A DNA stretch of 52,093 nucleotides from Ministeria vibrans ATCC 50519 (taxonomy: Eukaryota > Protista > Filasterea), in assembly GCA_943704425.1 (NCBI GenBank), contig CALSCP010001345.1, positions 1 to 52,093 of the forward strand. Direction: 5' to 3'. The first letter of the stretch is position 1. Every line of letters starts with the position of its first letter. Positions 23,871 to 35,183 of the stretch are shown here, piece by piece. The position numbers and the translations under genes were made by a program. Under the pieces are notes generated by a model. That model was given only the letters and a program-made list of their open reading frames with translations, ran no database searches and was not told the origin of the DNA.

Positions 23871-25840
23871 TTAACAGGTTTTGGCGTGCTTGGCGTATGG
23901 GCCTCCGCCACCGCGACGAGTGGTAATGGTGTTGACGGACTCCTGGGTTTCGTCCTTGCTGAGGTACGGGTCGCTGGCCTGGTGGCCATTAAACCTGTGT
24001 GTGTGTGTGTGTGTGTATGTGTGTCAGTGGCGTCTGTGCGGCGTGTGTGGTGCATACCGGTGGTCTGCGATGGGAAAGTAGCCATGTAAGACCATAGCGA
24101 CAGTGAAGGCAGACTGGTCAAAGCGATGATTGCCTGTTGAGCTGCCAGGGGGCGCAATGCATCCAGCAACAAGCGCACACTACAAACAATCACAATGAAA
24201 ACCTACACTGTACAGTGTGCGTGTGTATGCGTTACCTTAACGACCGTCTCGACAATGTCCTTGTACGCCTGAGTGTGTCTCCGGTACCCCTGTACGTTTC
24301 CTCCAATCTGCATGTACCGCTCCTCGTTCTTCCACTTGGCTGTTATCTCCTCTTTACTCGTGCCCATTCCCTTGTATAAACCATCCACAGTCCTACAAAC
24401 ACAATGTAGTAAGTAAGCCAAACTGCTGACCCCTTCCGCACACATCAAAATAATACACAAAAGTGACACATTGTGACACATTCAAAATGCAATTTTCTAC
24501 GCACCGGAATGTCGGATCAGGATGAGTCGTGATTGCAAAGTGCCCATCAAACAATATATGATCCTCAACCTACGCACAAACACACAAACACAAAATGTCA
24601 CATGGGGAACGCGTGGCACAGACGCAACGGTACCTCCCAAAGGGGCGAGCGGACCTCACAGCTGGCATCGAGCCACAGCGCCCACCCCAGCTCACTCACC
24701 ACATGCGCAATGATCGGCGGCTTCCAGCTGTACGTCATCAGTGACTTCACGTGTGCGGGGTACTTTGAAAAGTCAAAATCTCGAACCTGAAGGTGAGCCA
24801 TGTCAGATACAGGGAAAGAGACGTTACAACTCATTGTGCATCTCGTGATTACCTCGACATTACACATATTATTAAGTTTTGAACGACCCGAAGAAGTCAT
24901 TCCAAGATCGTAAATGATAATCCGACTTTTCGGTGACCAAAACTGAGTCAAAAGAGATGGAGTGTGTGTGAGGGAGAGAAAGAAAGAAACAACGCAAAAA
25001 AGCGAAACCCCCCCCCCCCCCTAAAGTGAAAAGGAGTGGACAAGAAGAAGCGTGGCTACCTGCACACTCGCTGCCATGTTGACGGCTCTCGCTTCGTAGT
25101 TGGAGTTGCAAGCACTAACAATGGGAATGGGTCCATCCAGCACAATCGGGTCGTCCAAAACACTCTGCGCTGCTTTGGAGTGTCGCAGTGCGTGCTCGAG
25201 AATGTAGCCTGAGTCGTGCACTTGGAAATCTATACAAGGACAACATTTAGCCTCTCGCTCTCGTTGGATACTCCCATATTGTACGCAATGGCCAGCAACA
25301 GCGTGTACCTTTGTTTGTCATCGAGTCGATGTGTTTCTTGAACTCTGGGATCATAAAGTCGGATGATTTGGCGATTCGTTCCAACAAGCGTTTCATGTTG
25401 CGCTCTTTTGCCGTCGTCGCACCGCCCAGCGCTCCCGCCGGCTGCTCGGCCGCCGCCGCCGCGTCCTGGGCGTTCCCGGGACCAGCCAGATCCGCTTGGC
25501 CCGCCAGGTCAGCAGCCGCCTGGGCCGCACGCACTGTATTCTCGGCGACAGCGAGACGCTGCTGAAGCGCTTCACAATCGCAGCGCGCACTGCCCCCTGC
25601 CGCGTCATTCCCGCACGGCGGACACGCGTGGTCGTACTCGGCACCACCCGGTACACTTTCGCGCGTCATGCGCTGCGATGTGAGCGTTCGATGGACGAGA
25701 AGAGTCGACAGAAAGAACCCAATGCACACAACAATGATGAGCCAGCGCCACATCAATCGCTTTCCCGCCCCAACGCCTGTGCCTCCGCCACCGCTGCTGC
25801 CACCTCCCATCAGACCAGGGTTGATCCGAGGACCCTGCAT
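23871..25840 (-). CDS. DUF1647-like type II membrane protein (putative glycosyltransferase-like), multi-exon
   Basis: N-terminal TM plus stem; IVSACNSNY, IIIYDLGM, FDFSKYPAHVKSLMTYSWKPPII, WLDAS, CALVAGCIAP..HRFDQS. Confidence 0.78.
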
Positions 25841-26014
25841 GTCGTAGGCTGAAAGGCAGAAGGGTCAAAAAAAGTTACTCAAGTAATCAACTTTGACTGA
25901 TAACCGTCGTAAAAGTCTCATGACAATTTACATTAATACATTTTATTTATTTTGCCACTCGGTGTGTATATTGTGTCGCGGGCAAAGAGGGGTGTGTGCC
26001 GTTGTTTTGTTTCG

Positions 26015-27841
26015 ATGCACAAGAACCATGGAAGCGTCGTGCGAGCTCGAATGACTCGCCGTGTTCTCATTGTCGCTCCGCTGCTCATGGTCGCCATGTT
26101 CATCATGCTGCAATACACCGTCCTGACAGGGCTCTCTGATGTGCCGTTGACGGACGCGGCAGAGCACGATCAGCCGCAGCAGAAGCAGCAGCAACAGCAC
26201 CCTCCCGACGCCGGCAACCCGCCCCCGGCCCCACCGGCCCCACGCGACGCCAACAGCCCCGGAGACGACGCTCTCAGCCCCGGGGACGACCACCCTGGCG
26301 TCCCGTCCGGCGGCGAGCGCGTCGACCGAGCCGTAGAGACGCCCGTCGGCGTCGAGGGTGCCCTGCCCGCCGCCCAAGTGGACGCCAAGACGTATGCCTG
26401 GCAGAATCACGACCAGCGCGATCCGTCGCGCTGGTTGTCCCTCGAGGCGCAGCGGACGCGTGCAGCTCAGGTGTCGGCGCTTACGGTGCGTACCACCTGT
26501 CGCACGCCCAGCACGCGCCGCAGCTTCATTGAAGACCCCATTCTTGTTGTGAGCAGTGGCAACCCAAACTTCTCCGGTGTGCCCAAACGCACTAAGTTTC
26601 GCTGTGACGTCCCTTGTTTCTATGCGTCGCGCTGGAGCGGCCTGGTGCACTCCATCGACGCCTTTCTCAACATGCACCTGCAAGGCGGCGGTGCCTTCCC
26701 GCCCGACCACACTTGCGGCATGCAAAAGCGCGTCATTCTGTCGCAGGAGAGCCCCAAGACCTATCCGTTCATTGCAAGCTACGAGCATGCAGCAGAGCAC
26801 TTCCACGGCCGCGTAGACTATCTCATGAACGTCGAGCTGCAGAGTGACGTTCCCGTTGGCTACTACTCGTGGGTGGAGTACGACATGATGCTGGCGCCAC
26901 AGAACAAAGACGCCGCGTCGCCAGCCGCGGCGTTTGTCTCCAACTGCGACAACAGCGGCGGACGCTACGGCTACCTCAGCAGTCTGATCAAGCAGCACCC
27001 CTCGCTGGTGCACAGCTACGGGCGGTGTCTGCGCAACCGGCAGGAGGGCGGGCGACGGCGCAAGCACGAGCTGCTGCAGTCGTACTACTTCTCGCTGGCC
27101 TTTGAAAACACCGTCCACACCGACTATGTTACCGAGAAGTACTGGCAGTCAGTGGTGGCTGGAACCGTCCCGGTCGTGCGAGGCGCTCCCAACATCAAGG
27201 AGTACGAGCCGTGGCCGGGCGCCGTCGTTGACATCAACGACTTTGAGTCGTCGGACGCACTCGGTGCACACCTCAGCGCCCTTATGAACGACCCGGCACG
27301 CTACAATGCGCTGCTGGCGTGGAAGCAAACGGGTCCGCAGGACAGCTTCTACGCGCTCGTCGACATTGCGGCGGTGCACTCGCAGTGCCGACTGTGCCTG
27401 CGCCTGGCCGATGACCACACACGTCCTCACGCCCCCACCATGGCTCACCGTGTCCCGCGCACCGGTTCCCCGCTCGATCACCTCGAGATTGCCCTCCCGT
27501 CTCACCCCGACTTTGCTCCCGGCGCTCTCCTCGTCCGCGAACGCAACACCTTCTTTTTTAGGCCAGTTTGGCTCGCACGCCCGTCTCTCTCGGCTCTCCA
27601 CGACGCCATCCACGACGCCTTTTTCGCCCCCACCTCCGCCAGCGGTGGTGAGGAGGACACTGCCTACCAGCCCGTCTGGCACACCGAGCGCAAACCCGCC
27701 CACGGCTCATCACCTACCCTCTACCGTATCATTCCCGCCTACGGGTCCATGCGCGACTCGCTCTTTGGCCCCCACTTCGACTCAGACGCCCTCGTCGCCC
27801 GTCTCCCCGTCGGCGCCCGCCTCGAAGTTATCTTCATATGA
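26015..27841 (+). CDS. Alpha-1,3-fucosyltransferase (GT10), intronless, with a plant FucTA-like C-terminus; start could be 26051
   Basis: Type II TM; AAFVSNC, HSYGRC, YYFSLAFENTVHTDYVTEKYWQSVVAGTVPVVRG (GT10 motif), AAVHSQCRLC, ...LEVIFI*. Confidence 0.9.
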   Translation: MHKNHGSVVRARMTRRVLIVAPLLMVAMFIMLQYTVLTGLSDVPLTDAAEHDQPQQKQQQQHPPDAGNPPPAPPAPRDANSPGDDALSPGDDHPGVPSGGERVDRAVETPVGVEGALPAAQVDAKTYAWQNHDQRDPSRWLSLEAQRTRAAQVSALTVRTTCRTPSTRRSFIEDPILVVSSGNPNFSGVPKRTKFRCDVPCFYASRWSGLVHSIDAFLNMHLQGGGAFPPDHTCGMQKRVILSQESPKTYPFIASYEHAAEHFHGRVDYLMNVELQSDVPVGYYSWVEYDMMLAPQNKDAASPAAAFVSNCDNSGGRYGYLSSLIKQHPSLVHSYGRCLRNRQEGGRRRKHELLQSYYFSLAFENTVHTDYVTEKYWQSVVAGTVPVVRGAPNIKEYEPWPGAVVDINDFESSDALGAHLSALMNDPARYNALLAWKQTGPQDSFYALVDIAAVHSQCRLCLRLADDHTRPHAPTMAHRVPRTGSPLDHLEIALPSHPDFAPGALLVRERNTFFFRPVWLARPSLSALHDAIHDAFFAPTSASGGEEDTAYQPVWHTERKPAHGSSPTLYRIIPAYGSMRDSLFGPHFDSDALVARLPVGARLEVIFI

Positions 27842-27943
27842 TCTCGTTTTTATTCTCTCTCCCTCTCTGTTGTACAAAAAAAAAATAAACCCCCTTCCTC
27901 CCCAGGCACAGGTTTCTCTCTCTCTCTCTTCTTGTGCAAGATT

Positions 27944-28956
27944 TCAGTAGACTGAGGACTCTGTGCGTAGTGTTGCTGGAGGAGTGCTGTCCAGAAGCTT
28001 CTGGCCCGACGACGTACCAATGCGGGTCGCCCCTGCAGCAATCATGGCGCGCGCCTGCTCGGGCGTGCGTACCCCCCCGCTCGCCTTGATCCCCATGACA
28101 CCGCCCACACACGCGTTCATCGTCGCCACTGCCTCAACAGTCGCCCCGCCGCCCAGAAAGCCTGTTGATGTCTTGACAAACGAGGCTCCCGCAAGACGAC
28201 ACAGGCCACACGCAACGATGAGTTCGCGTTGCGACAGCATCGAGGACTCCAGGATGACTTTTAGGGGCTGGCGCCCCACCGCTTTGACCACCGCCGAAAT
28301 GTCCTCCAGCACTCGTTGGTATTCCTTTTGACGCAACAGTCCAATGTTGATCACCATGTCAATCTCATCGGCTCCATCGGCCACAGCTTGCTGTGCCTCC
28401 TCCGCCTTGATGCGCGACACGCCAGCGCCCAAGGGAAAGCCAACAACGGCGACCGTCTGCACCACATGAAAACAAACATGCAAGTCAGATTGAGATGTGC
28501 TCGACTCTCACACCGCAATCGACGGGAGAGCCCTGTCGCACCTTCACATCGGTGTCGATCACCGCAGCATGCACACTCTTCACGTGGCAGCCGTTGACAC
28601 ACACGCCAAAGAAGCGTTCCGCGACAGCAGCAGACACAAAGACATCCACTTCATCGGGAGTTGCTTCGGGTTTGAGCAGCGTCTGCTCAACCGCACGCCG
28701 CACAGCCGCATCCCCAACGTCACTTGGCGGCGTCGGTGCAGTCTGCGCAGCGTACGCAAAGGACCCTTCAAACGTGTCGACACTGACAATCCCATCCAAT
28801 TCTTCGCGCCAAATTGCCAAGATCTGCAAAAGAGGAAAACCCCCCCAACCGTTGATGACGAGAGAGGCACAATGCAAATGCAGCGTAGTGTACCTTCTCG
28901 CGAGATGTAATTGGCCCCGCAGGCGTTTCGTCGTCGGATCGCGGACGTTTAGACAT
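27944..28956 (-). CDS. DERA: Deoxyribose-phosphate aldolase (DeoC/DERA), 3 exons
   Basis: TLLKPEAT, VCV, VVGFPLG, GADEIDMVIN, KVILE, FVKTSTGF, GIKASGGVRT, GATRIGTSS. Confidence 0.93.
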
Positions 28957-29151
28957 GAGTATGAGTGAGAGGTAAGGACTGAAAAAGATTTGAAAGAGAG
29001 AACGGATCACTATTCACTATATCACTTATCACTACTGAAATGAATAAAGTTTAATATCAATAATTATTATCAAAGTGTATCATTTGCTTTCTCATATACA
29101 TACATACACAAACAAGACTTTTTTAAAATCATACAATACACTTTTTTTTAC

Positions 29152-32100
29152 TTAGATGTACAGTGTGTAATCAGCACCATTGACAAGGTCGTCAGGCAAA
29201 CGAACCACAGGACAAGACTGTGCATCGTAGAGCGACTCGCCAGTGATGGCTTCAGGTGGTACGCCAAGAGCGGCCGCGAGCAATGAGCAGCAGTTGGCGT
29301 GTGAGGAGCGTGTCGGAACGCGCGCAGTGCGGCGACGCAGAGACACGCCAGTGTCGAGCGAAAGGTAGAGCGTCACGGTCAGGTACTCGGGGGTCGTGGG
29401 CGCGTGCACGACGGGCGCTGCTACAAGAGGCGGCGCAGTGGCGGGAGGAGGCGGCGCATTGCCCTTGTCCGTGACGGATTCGATCGCAAAAGGGTCGTAG
29501 GATGTGTCGGCAGCAATAGACGCAGGGAGCGCTGTCTGTGGTGCGGGTGGTGGAGGTGGAAATACGATGTCACCCGTAGGGAGTGAGCTGACTGCTTTTT
29601 CAGGTGGCTCTGGAACAGTCTCAGGCGCAATCGCCACCTGGCGCTTCCCTTCTGCTTTCACTTGCATTTCCGCTGACGTCGATGCAACAGACGCCTCCTC
29701 CATCGCTGTCGCCGGTGCGGCCACGACCCCCTTCATTGCATTCGTTGCTGTTGTTGTTGTTATTGACAAGGAAAAATCAGACAAATCTGCTGCAATGAGT
29801 GCTGAAGCTCCTTCTCCGTCTGCTGATGCAACAACAGCATCGGGAACAGTCGCTTTTTCCCCAACAGGTTTGAAAGACTCGGTCGACAACACACTGCTTA
29901 TGGGGTTGGTTCCAACCAGTTGAGCCCACACATTGCGTCGCTCAATGCCCTGAGTTGGACCCGTTAGGTCGCCCAGCGCCTGACTCTCCTCCCCCACTTC
30001 TGCTGCGGCTGTCACCGCAGTAAGCAGTGGTGGAGGAAACTCGCGAGCCGGAGACGAGAACTGTTCTGCCGTCACGGGCGGCTCTGCTTCCTGGTCACCA
30101 TAATTTCCACTAAACCCATAACTGCTTCCCGCACCCACACCACCGCCACCCCACACATCATAGCCATCACCCGAATGCCGGTTTCGCTCTGGCTCCCGCT
30201 CCCTCTCTCGACCACGGTCACGGTTGCGATCACGCTCACGATCGCGGTCATAGTCACGCTCCCTTTCCCTTTCCCTCTCCCGATCACGATCACGGTCACG
30301 ATCACAGTCACGGTCACGGTCACGGTCACGGTCATGGTCACGCTCCCTCCCTCGGTCACGGTCATGGTCACGCTCCCTCCCTCGGTCACGGTCATGGTCA
30401 CGCTCCCTCCCTCGGTCACGGTCATGGTATCGGTCTTGATCTCGCTCGCAAACCTTACTCATCTCCCCTCCACCTCCTTGAAAGGATAGTGACGGGTCAA
30501 AACAGCGTGCAAGTTGCGCTTCATCTCCAAGTGCACGGAAGTAGCGCTCACGGCCACGCGTATAACACGGGGGTGGACTGGTGTCGCGCGGGAGAGTGCG
30601 TAGTGTGCGATTAAGATCGCGCAGATCCTCCTCGGTGAACACTGAATAGATCACCTGCAGCACGTGCATGGTTTCCTGCGACGCAGGCTCAAAAACTACC
30701 TGTACTCCATTGCAGTCAAGCTGACGTATGCTCAGCACTCGCCTTCTGTCGCGTGCAAAGAAAAACGACACCCAACAGACGTGTAAGGAATGTTCGTGTG
30801 GGTTGTTCGCCGGAATATTCACCTACAAAACAGGCAAAATATTCAATGCAAAGAGAAAGAGAGAAAGAGAGAAAGAGAGAGACAAAGAAGGGAGAAAAGA
30901 AACAAAGTGATAGAGAGAGGATCGGGGAGAAAACAAGGTGATAGAGAGATGGGGAAAGAAGGGAGAAAAGAAACAAAGTGATAGAGAAGAGAGAGTTTGA
31001 AATGCGACGTACAGAGACAACGGGACCAAACTGCGAGAAGAGAGCATACACATCATTGGGAGATAAGGAGCCATGGGCGCGGCAGCGCACGGCGAGAGAG
31101 TAGCGAGTAGGCAAGACGATAGCCTTCCGCAGGCGCTTGGATGATATGTGGGTGGGAAAAAGGCGCTCGCTGGCATAGGAGACCTCACAAAGCAGGCGCT
31201 GCCGGAAGTGCTGCGAGGGATCGTCCATGAAAATGTCAGGTGCGCGCAGACACTCTTCCACCGCCTCGCGCGTCGAAAACTCCACATTGACACTCCGCTG
31301 ATGAGTTCGCGCCGCAGATACAAACTGAATAGAGAGAATGGTGCCAAATCGAGAAAATGCTAAAGAGAAAGAGAGACGGACAGTCAGAAAAAACAGACAA
31401 CACACAAAACTCATTATAAAGAATTATTTTGAATAAGAACAATGATTAGGAATGCTTTTTTTTTCGCCGATGGTTACTGTTCATAACGTCTTCTGTGGAG
31501 CAATTGAGAGGAATGCCCATACAGTATATCAGATAGGACTCTACGAAGACACACACACACACGCACGCATAACTTTATCAATCGCGACGCAATGGTACTT
31601 CAACCCTTACGAGGCGGATCCGGTCCAGACAAAAATAAGAGTGTGTTGCTGCCAATCTTGACGGTAGCCTTGCACAGGCGCTCGACATTGTTTTGACTGG
31701 CACAGAGAACGTAGAAGCTGCTGAAGGTGCGTGGAAGTACAGCGTTCGTAGAGGAGAGACGCAAATGGGGAACTTCGCGTAGGAGCAAGTCCTCGAGACG
31801 TCGTTCGCTTGTGTGTCGCGGCACATTTTCAACCACAACGGTAAGTGGGGTCATACTGTGAGGGCGCGGTGTTTCGACACGCGAGCTTGGGCTCTTGTTG
31901 TGCACGTCGGTTGAGACAGACGCCATTGACGGTGTTGACGTAGACTTGCTGGGCTCCTCGACAATCCGACGCTCGTCGGGCTGCAAACTACTGTGTTTCA
32001 ACAATGTATCATCGTTGGCAGGCTTGCTGCGCTCGGTGTCCCGCTCAGGGCGACGTTTGCGCCGACGTTCTGCACGTTCGCGTTCGCGTTCGCGTTCGCG

Positions 32101-32451
32101 TTCTCGCTCGCGCTCTCTGCCTTCTTTGCCTTCATTGTGCTCCGCTCGCTCGGGACGCGTCGCCGCCTCGGTGCTGTCGGCCTTCTTAGGGCAACTGCCC
32201 CGCTCCTCGGCAACAGGCGCATCAGCCGTGGCGGCGTGGCTGTGGACCCCTTCCACACTGACACGTCTGAGACTACCATCGCCCTGTTCAATTTTCGGCG
32301 CGGTTGTCTCCGCCTCGGGCTCTACAGCAACTTCAACTGGCGCTTCGGGGGACGGACGCCGCCGATGGATGACTTTGGGCGGCGCAAATAGGACCTCGTC
32401 GTCGGACAGCCCCACCACATCAATCTCCACGTCTTCGTCCTCGCTCGACAT
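29152..32451 (-). CDS. Multi-RRM RNA-binding protein with RE/RD dipeptide tracts and a small C-terminal beta-grasp-like domain
   Basis: RRM-like segments (VVVENVP; IYCMGIP..IFSRFGTI..VEFST; LFSQFGPV; NIP...VQVVFE), RERERE and RDRDRD tracts, GT-AG introns. Confidence 0.68.
30290..30428. repeat. Coding tandem repeat: 30-bp unit x3 plus (CACGGT)n, encoding DRDRGRERDH / RD repeats
   Basis: CACGGTCATGGTCACGCTCCCTCCCTCGGT repeated three times. Confidence 0.9.
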
Positions 32452-32581
32452 GGCCGAACCCAAGAGGACTTGTCAGAGTATCCGGGTGTTCCAAATGGGG
32501 AGTGGTGTAGAATGGAAAGAGAGAGAAGTGAATTGATACTGAATTATTCAATTTTTCAAGTGTTCACTCATTTCAATTACA

Positions 32582-33519
32582 ATGTCCGACGCTCAGAAAC
32601 GGAAGAACCCCGACGCCGAGGCGGGTCCATCAAGTGGACCTAAGAAGCCCCGTGGCACGGGCGGTGGGGGCTGGGAAGACGAACTAGAAGCACTCCAGTA
32701 CGTTTCGCTCTTTTTTCTTCGTCTTCTCTCGTTGTGAGAACCACCCAAAACAACGCTTCATCTTCTTATTGGTTGCTATTGCGGCACTCTAATACATTCT
32801 ATGTGTGCCTGCGAGTGGTTTTATCTTTGTTTTGGTGTCCCACAACGTTTTTTTCGGGTTCGGCGCCAAATATGAAAAAAGCGAATTTGCGACGCGTTTT
32901 TCTCGAGACTGCAAATCCTCACCTAACCACGCGTTTGCCTTGGCTGTGCAGAGACTCAGATGAGGAGATGATGTTTGATGACGAGACAGGGCTTGGAGAC
33001 GGAGCTGGCGGCGCTGACGAGGCAGAACCCATTCAGTCGTCCATGTCCTTCCAGATCAATCCTGCCTGGCGACGACCCTCTGCGCCACCCCTCGACGCCA
33101 CGACCGACTCCCTTGCCTTCCAGCAAATCGACATTGACGTCTACCAAAACGACAGTCCAATGCCAAACATGCCAGGTTCGATTTTTTTGTGTCCTGTCAA
33201 CAAATGTGACCTGACTGGGCCTTTCTTAGGCTCAACCACCGGTCCGGTGCCCGTACTTCGCATGTACGGTATTACTGAACGAGGCAACTCGGTAGTGTGT
33301 CACGTACACGGATTCCACCCCTACCTCTATGTACCAGCACCCGACAACTTTCGTCCGGAGATGTGCCACCAATTCACGCGCGACCTCAACCAACAAGTGA
33401 AGAGCGCCGGCAACCAGGCCGACCGCACCATTCCTGAGATTGTCTTGGCCGTCAGTGTTCTCACCAAAGAGTCCATTTATGGCTTCCACGAGAGCTCCCG
33501 TGCCTTTCTCAAAGTCACC
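32582..33519 (+). CDS. POLD1: DNA polymerase delta catalytic subunit, N-terminal fragment only (3 exons)
   Basis: WRRP..PPLD..TDSLAFQQIDID, VPVLRMYGITERGNSVVCHVHGFHPYLYVPAP, ESIYGFH..FLKVT; ends at donor GTAAGG (33520) followed by (TAA)n. Confidence 0.9.
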
Positions 33520-33535
33520 GTAAGGCAGCCGATGC

Positions 33536-33536
<1 letters not shown>

Positions 33537-33632
<96 letters not shown>
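33537..33632. repeat. (TAA)n microsatellite between two truncated convergent genes
   Basis: Seen directly in the sequence. Confidence 0.95.
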
Positions 33633-33646
33633 TTAATTAATCTTAC

Positions 33647-35149
33647 TCGGCCAGTTTGGCAGTTGGTGCACGCAGACGCGTATGATGGGCTATACTGTAA
33701 TGGGAAAATAGAGAAAATCGAGAAAGAAAATAAAGGTTGGTCAAAACAAGCGGCGGATGATCAGTGACATACGGTTCCGGGACCACACGAGCGACAGCTG
33801 GACTGGTACGATTGCGCGTTGTACTAAATACCAAGAAACATTAATAAAATTTGGCTCATTATGATGATCATATTGCGAGAGAAATCGTTTTGTAGGTTAC
33901 GTATCCAGCGGCACAGTTTCGACACGAACTTGTTCCCCACGAGGCAGGTGAGTACTATAAAATCATAAATAAATGAAATTGTGAATGCGAATTACAGTAT
34001 TATTGATCATGATCTTGTATAATGCATAATTATAATTATACCTTCCTTGAGGGACAACCAGCACACACATAGTAGCGGCGGCGTCGGCGCCAGCCGCCAC
34101 CGCTGGTCCAGTACATGTAGTAGCCAGCAGAGCAGTAAGCACGGGTGCTTCGCTGCAGACCAGGCGCCTCCTGGTTAGAACCAGTGGCGTCGAAATCGAC
34201 GTTGGCGGGCGACAATGCTTCGTTGGCGACGGTGTTGGTTCCAAAGATGGTGTCCTCGACCTCTGTAGATGCACACATGCAAGAGAATATAGAGTACGAA
34301 TGAGTCATTGATATTCCACACGAATTCAAATAATTTGATGTTATAATTACCGCGAGAGCGCGAAGGGGTCGTAGGCTGTCGTTCACCCTCAACCTCCACT
34401 TCGTGCAGAGCATTTGAGTTGGCTACAAGTCATTAAGAGGACGATGATCACGATTAATTGAATTGTGTTAAATCAAAAATAAAGCAAGCAATCGTGTGTG
34501 TACATAGTACCTTCCCGTCGCGAAGAAGTGGCCGCAAGCGAATCGCTCGAAGCCGCCTTGACCTCGTTCAGAGAAGAGTCAGCTATGAATACAACACATG
34601 AATGTTAATCACAATAAATTAATAATAATAATTATTCTTATTATAATAAAAATAATAATAATAATAATAAAATATTATATTTTATTATTATTAATAATAA
34701 TAAAATAATCAGACAAGGACAATGACGTAGGAGTTGCTTGTATACCGTCACTTTGCGAAGAAGTGGCTGCGAGCGAGTCGCTCGAAGCCGCCTTGACCTC
34801 GTCCTGTGAAGAGCCCGCTGAGATCAAAGAGAGAAACGAACATGAACAATCAATGGTTGTTAATGGTTTGAATTTGATTGTTCACGTACTTTCACGTCGT
34901 GAAGAAGTGGCCTCAAGCGAGTCGCTCGTGGCCGCCTTGACCTCGTCATGTGAAGAAACCCCTATAAGTGTGGAATGCAAGAGTCCGAATGATTCGTTTG
35001 CACTTTCACGTTCCTTTTGTTTCGTACCTTGACGTTCTGGAGAAGTGGCACGAGCGAGCCTGTCGCTTGAATCCGCCTTGACCCCAGAATGAGAGGAAGT
35101 GGCACGAGCGAGCCTGTCGCTTGAATCCGCCTTGACCTCTGTGTGAGTC

Positions 35150-35183
<34 letters not shown>

